Below are positions 1 to 7,900 of a stretch of 27,335 bases of DNA, piece after piece. The DNA lies in the IMG/VR virus record IMGVR_UViG_3300005758_000052, positions 1 to 27,335 of that record; one strand, given 5' to 3'. The notes beneath the pieces are model-generated. The model was not told where the DNA came from. It was given only the letters and a program-made list of their open reading frames with translations, and did no database searches. Each line of letters starts with the position of its first letter. The first letter of the stretch is position 1. Source of the DNA: a virus (taxonomy: Duplodnaviria > Caudoviricetes). The position numbers and the translations under genes were made by a program.

Positions 1-37
1 CCTGGGCTCGAACCAGGGACCTGCGGATTAACAGTCC
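1..37 (-). other. att core: 3' half of tRNA-Asn(GTT), truncated by the window edge (attP or attR)
   Basis: Reverse complement reads GGA-CTGTTAA-TCCGCAGGTCCCTGGTTCGAGCCCAGG: GTT anticodon loop, variable loop and T-arm GGTTCGAGCC. tRNA similarity stops in the 5' anticodon stem (TGGGA does not fully pair with TCCGC) and there is no D-arm upstream. Confidence 0.85.
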
Positions 38-66
38 CAAATGAGGGGTTGTAGTAGAGAGTGAAA

Positions 67-135
67 GTGAGAAGTACCGGGTAGTTACGACAACGCCCCC
101 GTCGGAACCGCACCCAATTACTCGGTACTTTTCAC
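67..135. repeat. Imperfect 20-bp inverted repeat next to the att core
   Basis: 67-86 GTGAGAAGTACCGGGTAGTT versus the reverse complement of 116-135 GTGAAAAGTACCGAGTAATT: 17/20 identical, 29-nt spacer. Confidence 0.75.
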
Positions 136-161
136 ACCTTCACTGCACATTTCCTGCACAG

Positions 162-548
162 TCAATCGCGGTACTTCTTCACCTTCTCGGCCACACCCTT
201 GGGCTGAGCAACGAACTGCTTGCCCTGCTTGGTGCCTTCGCGCTTGGCCTTGGTGGTAGCAGCATACTCCGATGCGCTCAGGGCCTTGATGGCCTTCTCA
301 GGCAGGTAGCGCTCACCGGTCTGGCCCGATGGCTTGCCGGACTTGGTCGTCCACTTCTCATCAGTCCACTTCGACAGGGACTTCTGCCCCTCCGTCTTGG
401 CTCCTGAGTAGCCACCACCTGCGGCCTCGTACTTCTGAGCCACGAGCTGCGCCTTGCGAGCCGACCATTGGCCTGGCTTGCCGCCATCGCTGCCAGCCAT
501 GACCTTGTCTTTGATGCGCTCCCGGAGCCCGGGCTTGGTGTATGCCAT
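162..548 (-). CDS. Small basic conserved hypothetical protein (GGKPGQWSARKAQ family, possibly DUF5872-like)
   Basis: 128 aa, Lys-rich; motifs GGKPGQWSARKAQL and GERYLP; SD GAGG upstream; last gene of the operon. Confidence 0.8.
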   Translation of the reverse strand: MAYTKPGLRERIKDKVMAGSDGGKPGQWSARKAQLVAQKYEAAGGGYSGAKTEGQKSLSKWTDEKWTTKSGKPSGQTGERYLPEKAIKALSASEYAATTKAKREGTKQGKQFVAQPKGVAEKVKKYRD

Positions 549-557
549 GTTGTCCTC

Positions 558-1541
558 TCAGTCGGCGTACAGGCGACCACGGAAGTATGCCTTGCCGTTG
601 TCACGCACGGCACAGAACTCGGGGTGTAGCAGCATCCCGTCAACCCAGGTCAGCACGGCAAAGCCAGACTGCCAGTTCATCCCCGGCTTGCCCAGGCGGT
701 AGTCGAACTCCTCCTGGAACTCGTCGGCCAGCATCCCCGTCTTGATCCCGTAGTGGGTTTCCTTGAAGCCTCTGTGTGCTTTCGTGCCTAGCTCATGGGT
801 GTGTCCGGTCACTGTGTGACAGCCACCCTTTAATACATCGTTCCAGCCGCTGTGAACGCCTGCGTGCCAATCGTGGATGATCACCATGTCATCGTTCACA
901 TCGATGCGATCTGAGTCCATCCAGTGCGGCAGGTGATCCTTCAGCAGGAACCCACCGATCCCCTCGTACTCGGGCACCTGAGCTGACAACCTGGACTCGA
1001 AGCGAGCGCAGTGGTTGCCGTAGGTACGCAGCAACTTGGTGCCGAGGGCCACAACCCTCTCGATCTCGGTCGTGCGATCGATGATCGCCTCGAGCTCCTG
1101 CTTGACCGTGGGTGCCTTGCGCCAGCGGATGCGGGGATGGCGACTGATGGAGCCGCCGTCCAGGATGTCGCCGTTGAGGACGACTGCTTTGACCTGGGAA
1201 CCCAGATCCGCAGCCAGATTGCACAGAGCCTTGTGTGCCACCGGGATGTGGCCCGGGGAGTAGTGGGCGTCCGACCCCACGAGGATGACGCCGTCCGTTA
1301 TCTCGATCCGATTGGTGTCGCGCCGAGCGGACTGAATGGCGATGGCCACCTCTGGGGTGTGCAGCACGCCCTTGTTGATGTTGATCGCCCCAAGGATAGG
1401 GCCGCCACGGTCTTGTATGTCCTTGCGCTTCTGGAAGACTCTTCTGAGACTGAGACCGGTTGCTTCTGCTACCGCTGTTGCTGAGAGATGTTTATTCCAG
1501 ACGGCGATGAATTCATCGTCGGTGATGAGCCTTGCTACCAT
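558..1541 (-). CDS. Calcineurin-like metallophosphoesterase with N-terminal HTH-like segment
   Basis: Metal-binding motifs in canonical order: SDAH, GDILD, GNH, H(DWH), GHTH. N-terminal ATAVAEATGLSLRRV resembles a helix-turn-helix. Confidence 0.85.
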   Translation of the reverse strand: MVARLITDDEFIAVWNKHLSATAVAEATGLSLRRVFQKRKDIQDRGGPILGAININKGVLHTPEVAIAIQSARRDTNRIEITDGVILVGSDAHYSPGHIPVAHKALCNLAADLGSQVKAVVLNGDILDGGSISRHPRIRWRKAPTVKQELEAIIDRTTEIERVVALGTKLLRTYGNHCARFESRLSAQVPEYEGIGGFLLKDHLPHWMDSDRIDVNDDMVIIHDWHAGVHSGWNDVLKGGCHTVTGHTHELGTKAHRGFKETHYGIKTGMLADEFQEEFDYRLGKPGMNWQSGFAVLTWVDGMLLHPEFCAVRDNGKAYFRGRLYAD

Positions 1542-1974
1542 TGCGTGCTACCTTCAGTTGCAGTACCTCTATCTCCGGCCCCGTTGCGGGGTCGAAGCGC
1601 GATGCAATGGCTACTGCCTCCTCCGGAGTTGCACCCATCGCCATAGCGCCGAGCGCATAGGGCCCGCCGCTACCAATGGCAAAGAACTGATCCTTGATCT
1701 GGTACCTGCGCCCAGCGGGGTCGTACAGGTAGACCCCGTCACGGGCCAGTTCAATGCCACAGAAGTCGGCCTGATCGTGCAGGACTCCGTCCTTCACCTT
1801 CTTGCCGCTCAACTTGTCCCAGAAGTGGAGGATCTCAGACCATCCACCGGCACAGCCGATGAGTCCTCCCTTGGCCCTACGGATCTTGCTGACCCGCACC
1901 ATCGAGTTATCGTCGCTGCACCGAGTGTCAGCTACGACGACTTGGTGCTGTACTGAAGCAACGATGCACGTCAT
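1513..1974 (-). CDS. Ntn hydrolase, HslV/proteasome beta-subunit-like peptidase
   Basis: M-T-C-I-V-A start (Thr nucleophile after Met removal), VADTR (Asp16), SKI (Lys30), IGCAG, AIGSGGPYALGAM, EEAVAIASRFDPATG. Confidence 0.85.
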   Translation of the reverse strand: MTCIVASVQHQVVVADTRCSDDNSMVRVSKIRRAKGGLIGCAGGWSEILHFWDKLSGKKVKDGVLHDQADFCGIELARDGVYLYDPAGRRYQIKDQFFAIGSGGPYALGAMAMGATPEEAVAIASRFDPATGPEIEVLQLKVARNGSKAHHRR

Positions 1975-1977
1975 TCA

Positions 1978-4900
1978 TCAGTTGGCTCGAATGGCCTCCC
2001 GGTATTCGCCGCCAAGTTTGGACAGCTCTTTGACCGACTCGCCGTACGTCTTCTTGAGCATCTCCTTGCGCTCATTCATCAGCTGAACCCGCCTGTCTTC
2101 GGGCAGGCTCCTCGTATTGTCGAGGTAGCGGATCTCGCTGTTGAGCTGACGCACCAGCTTCTCGGTCTCGTAGACGATCGTCTTGGCCTTGCCCAGGTCA
2201 GGGTACTTCGCCCTGATAGCTTCAGCCTCGGCCTGGTTCTCGGTGTTCTGGAAAGCGTTCCAGCGGGTATCTACGAACGTAGCTACGCGGCGGAATGCGC
2301 CAGCATCAAACCCTTCGGGCGGGTAAGCGGAGAACCGATCGATCAGCGGCAGGGGTGTACGGGCGATCTCCTCGCCACGGGCCACCCGAACGAACAGGCC
2401 AGCACCCTTGTAGGCCTCGGTGGCCAGACCAGGGATGTACGCCGCCATGAAGTGATCGATCGCAGCCGGGTTGAAGTCCAGCTTCCCGGGCAGGAACCGA
2501 GTGCCGCTGGTCAGGCCGTCACCAGAGATCGCATTGGCTCCGCTAGCAATCGCTCTTGAGATCGGATTCACAGAGCGGAAAGCCATCTCCGACTCGGGCA
2601 TCTCGCCACCACCGAATGTGCTGCCAGACATCCTGATCGGAGCGCCGTACCGGTTCTCGTTCATCAGGTACTCGAGGATCGGCTGTCCTGCGGTGGGCGT
2701 CAGACCCTTGGCGATCTTGCCGATCGCGGTCTGGGACTCCAGGCCAGAGCTACCAGCCGGGAGGAATGCCTCAATCGCTGTCGTACCAATCCGCTTGGCG
2801 GTCTCTGCAAGGCTCTGCTTGCCCAGCATCCAGTCCACCCCAAAGTGACCCACGGCATAGAAGGCGTTCCAGCCGTAGGCCAGCGGGATTGCGCCCATCG
2901 GCATATCGGGGAACAGTACCACCGACGTGGCTCGCTTGAAGGTAGGTAGCTGGTCGAGCTTGTCCTCACCATCCTCACCCTGTCCGCCGAGCGCACGACC
3001 GAGTAGGTTGGAGATTGCGCCCAGGCTGGCCAGAGCAAAGGCGTACTTGGCCACCTGCTTCGGGTTATCCCGCATGAGCCGGTACATCTTCGCCGTACCC
3101 TGGATGGCCGGGTTGAAGAACAGGTACATGGCGCGCAGGCCCTGAGCAGAACCACGGGCGTTGAAGTCCACCGTGATCTCGCCAGAGAAGATGGCTGCAT
3201 CGGTACGGCTGAAACCGTTGTCGCGCACGGTCTTGTACGCAGACAGGCGGGTAGCCATTTCCATCGGCAGCGTGATCTTCTCCATGAACTCGCCGATCTT
3301 GGCCAGCGGCGTCTTGTCCTTGCCAGACAGAGCGCGCTCGATGTCCTTAACCTTGTCCTCCAGTGCTTCGCGCATGGAGAAACCGGTCAGGCCACCGTCT
3401 TCCTTCATTTGGTTGAAGGCCTCGAGCCAGCGAGAATCCGGCTGCACCGGCCAGCCAGACACATGCAAAGACGTGCGGATCGCCTTGGGCAGATCCCTCA
3501 GCATCGTCTTGGCCATCTCCTTGGTGATCCGGCCATCAGCGGCAGCGTTGAAGTACATTGTCTGCACGTCACGCACGAAGTTCACACCAGCCCAGGCCGG
3601 GTTGTACGTGGTGATCAGCTGACCGATCTTGTTGTTGAACGTCCGCAGGATGTTCACCACCATGTTGGCCTCAGGCGGGTACACGGTGCCGTGCAGAGCC
3701 TGAGCAACCGTGCCGTCACCCATCTGCTGGAACTCGATCGTCACCGGGATGCCGCGCACTTTGGCCACGAAGACATCCGGACGGCGGATGTACTCCTTGT
3801 CCAGCACTTCGCGGACGATGCCGTCATCACCGATCTCGCGCTTCCACGCCTGGGTGTTGACCATTGCGAAGTTTGGATCCGGGTTGCTCTCGACCATTGC
3901 CAGGACGGTCTGTGCCACGCGGTTCTTCTCGCCGCGGATGATCGCTGCCTCGTACGAAGCCACGGTACGGGCCAGGATGTCGCTGGCGACGTTGCCTTCG
4001 CCTCGACCCATCGCGCGCTTTTCCTTGCCTCGCAGGTTCAGCTTGCGACCACCAGCCAGATCCAGAGGATCGATGTCCTCATCGAACTTGGCGTTGGCCT
4101 TGTTCTCGCCCGACAGGTTGACGTAGCCATACGGATACGCCGCCTTCATCTTCTGAGCTTCCAAGGCGGTGATCATTCCGTCGCGCACCAGACCATTGAG
4201 CTTGTCGTTGCTCATCTGATCCATCAGCGCGGCGATCGCGTTGAGCTGAGTTGCGTACTGAGACTGTGCGTACTCAGCCAGCTTGTCTCGCGCATCCTTT
4301 GTCGTCATGCCGGAGCCGCCGTCCTGCATGTCAGGATTGATCTTGGCGATCTGGGCGTTGCGCACAGGGGCGAATCGGGCCAGCAGGAAGGTGTTGACGT
4401 CGTCGTACGTCATGCCCTTCGAGCCGCCTTCGCGCAGCAAGGCAGTGATGGGCTCGATGTACTTCTGCTCGACCTGTGTCTCTAGGCGAGCTGCGGTACG
4501 ACGCTCCATCAGCTTGAGAGCCTTCATGGGGTTCATGAAGTCGGCCATGCGGCCCAGCTTCTCGAGCTGCTCCACGACCTTGAAGATCGGCAGGTACTCG
4601 TTCTGAGCCCGAATCGCAGCCCAGTACACGCCGCGCTGGAACCAGTTGCCGTCACGCGGATCCTGGATCACCACGTTGTCGTTGGGGATCCGGTTGTCCA
4701 CGAACATGCCAGAACGCATCCGGCGCATCACCTTGCCGTGACGCTTCATCTCAGCCAGCACGTCACCGAACTGGTCGTGCGGCATCGTGGTGGACTGGTA
4801 GTCCTGGGCGATCGACTTCGAACCCTGCTTCGGCGTGAATACGTACCACTGCATCGTCACCGGATTGAACCGGGCGTAGGCACTGGTCTCGCCATCCTTG

Positions 4901-7900
4901 GTCGCGTACATCTCGTACGGCATCCGGACTTCCGACAGAAGCACATCAGCCGGTGCGCCATTCAGGACAGGGGTCGAGCCATTACGCGCCGCGTTACGTG
5001 CCTCACGCAGCACATACATAACCTCGGCATCGGTGTACTTTGTCAGCCAATTTGCAACGGCATCGAACCCGCCGTCGCGCAGGGACTTGATCAGCTTGCC
5101 AACCACGCCCTTGATGACGCCTGCGTACTTGCCCTCACCCGCCATGTCAGACAGGGCTTCCTCGACCGCCACGGCATTGGAGATGTTCCGGCCTTCCTTC
5201 TGGCGGTTCGCCGCCTCACGGATAGCCTTGTTACCGCTGTAGAGCGAGTTGAAGTAGTCGGTGTAGCCCTCGCCCAGGAACGCACGGAGACCAAAGTGGC
5301 CGTACAGCTCGTGGAACAGGGTGAACTGGGTGTCATGCTCGGAGGTTGCAGCCTCTGAGAAGATGTAGATGTTCCCTGTCTGAGCGTCGTACAGACCCTT
5401 GGGCACGTAGCCATCGGTCAGGCGCTTCATCAGGCGCTCACGCACACCATCGGGCAGGTGAGAGGGGTTGCCCACCACCTTCACGTTGGCAGCAGACTTG
5501 AAGCCGCCCATGAGCTCGGAGACCTGGGACTGCACCAGGATGGTTGATGCGATCGATCCGGTGTTGGGATTGCCCAGGCGGAACAGGGCGTCACCCAGGC
5601 GAGCGGCCATGTCGTCGTACGACTCTGCGGCGCGCTCATCGGCCACCACAAACTCACCCTCGTCCGTCCTGCCTTCCTGCTGCACAGGGTTGGACAGGCG
5701 CTCGTTCATCTCAGCGACCCAGTTAACGAACGAATCACGCTCGTCGGTAGAGTCGTTGAGCTTGCGGCCTCTGGCGCTGATCGTCTTGTGGATCCGCCTC
5801 AGCTCGGCAAAGGTGACATTCCGGATGGCTTGCTTGCGCTGCTCAGGGGTCAGACTCTGATCCTGGTTGAGCTGCTCGATCAGGCCGTCGATGCGCGCCG
5901 CCCAAGCCATAGCCTCCTTAGCCATGAACTGGTCGGCCAGGGCCAGCTGCTCCTTGTAGGCACCGGTCAGCGCAGGGCCGATGAACCGCAGGCCCATCAG
6001 GTTGCCGTAGTCCACCGAACGACCGATGACCTCGGCCTTTTTCATGGTGGCTCGCTGCTGAGCCTTGCGCCAGGCGGTGAAAGCCTTGAGATCCTGGGGT
6101 GCCAGAGCGCCAAGGATCTGACGCGCCATGTCCGGACGGTAGGTTAAGGCATTCGAGACGTCGGCGTACCAGTCCTGCACGAAGTCCGCCACGCCAGAGC
6201 GAACCGCCAGAGGCATCATCCCCTGCGGGATGCTCTGCGGATTGCGCATCTGGGTCAGGCTGAACTTGGTGAACAGCGAGTTCGGGAAGACCTGACGCAC
6301 ATCCTTGCTGTCGGTGTCCACCGGGGAGCGATCACGCTTGGCTTTCCAGTCAGCGTACAGATCACGCTCAACAGCAGTCAGCAGGGTGCCGTTGATGAAG
6401 TTGCGCTCCTGGAGGCTGGCTTGGTTAAGAGCACGATCCAGTGAGTTGAACCATTCCTGGCGAGCCAGGGGGTGATTCGCGCTGCTCGAGACGTAGTCAA
6501 CGAACGGCGTCATGAACGGACGACCGTTGAGGCGATCGAACACGGACGGGATCTCAATCCCCTCCTGCTCCATCACGTACACCAGCTCACCGATGCTGAA
6601 GTTGGCGTCCTTGCGAGCCAGCTGCAACACACGGACGATCTGGTCGACCGTCATCTTCCCGCCAGACAGGCCTTCCTTGATGGTCTGCACGGCATTCCTG
6701 GCAGCACCGATCGTGGTGATCGGATCCTCCGCCACCGGAGCCTGCTGCTCGACGTTGGTCTCGTCGGTGACATCCGTCAGCTGCTCGTCAGCTTTGACCT
6801 CCGACAGCAAGCCATCGGCCAAGGCCTTGATCTGCGCCATCGGGGTGTCAAAGATGTCGGCAATCGCCTCGGGCGTCAGGCCAGCAGCCTGGGCATCTGC
6901 CTTGATGTTGAGCAGTTCGCCCATCATCACGTCCGGGTTCTCGGCAACCTCCTTGGCACGACGCTTCAGGAGCTTGCGCTCGGCGTCAATGCGCTCATCG
7001 GACAGGCGCTTGGAACGAGCAGCCTCGGCGTCAGACTTGCCCTCAGCATCGTCCTCACGCTCGAACAGGGTGTCGGCAAACCGGCCCTTGTCCTCCAGGT
7101 CGTCAACGCTCTTGGGGCCCTGGTTGGCCTTGTCCTCAGAGTCGGCCTTGGCCAGACGCTCGATGTCCTGGCGACCCTGCTCACCGATGTCTCCCGCCGT
7201 CATCAGGCGACGGACACGGGAACGGATGAGGTTCTCAGGCGTAGGCTCTTTGGCGGGTTCCGCTTTCTTGACGGTCTTCTTGGCAGGCTGAGGAGCCTCT
7301 TCGTCCTCAACGGTGACGTCTCGGCCTGGAGTGAACTTGGTAATCTTGAGTCGCTGCTCGGACTCTTTGACCCGGCGCTCAGATCCGGGGTCAGTGATAG
7401 GCGCAGAAGCCGCAGGTTGAGGCGAGTCCTCTGTCCGGATACTTGAGACTTCGTTTGTAGAACTGCTCTGTACCCGGGCCTCCGCAGGTCCGGATTTGAG
7501 CACAGATCGGCCAATCACCTTGCCAGCACCAGACTCTTTCACCAGTTGGGTGAAGTCGAAGCCCTGGGCCTTCAGGTTGTTGTCGCGGAAGACCTTTGCC
7601 GCGTCACTGACCTTCTTGTCGGCTAGGAGCTGACGCACCTGATCGATCGGCAGGCTGGCCATCTCCTCGGTTTCGCCCTGCTTGGCAGGTGCCTCGGGCT
7701 TGCCCTGCTGCGTCTCGGTCACGAACGACGCGACCATGTCCCTCACCTTCTCATACTCGGTGATGAACTCCTTGATCTGCATCCGGCCAGACTCAGCGTT
7801 GGCCTTGAAGCTGGCGATTAGGTTGTCGATGACGGACAGGATGCGAGCCAGCAGCGGCTGGTTGCGCACACCCAGCTGCTCCCAGAACTTCTTGTCTGTG

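Noticed and set aside
1-76. Complete tRNA-Asn gene
   Set aside because: The 5' half (acceptor 5' strand, D-arm) is absent and the anticodon stem is broken; treated as an att core.
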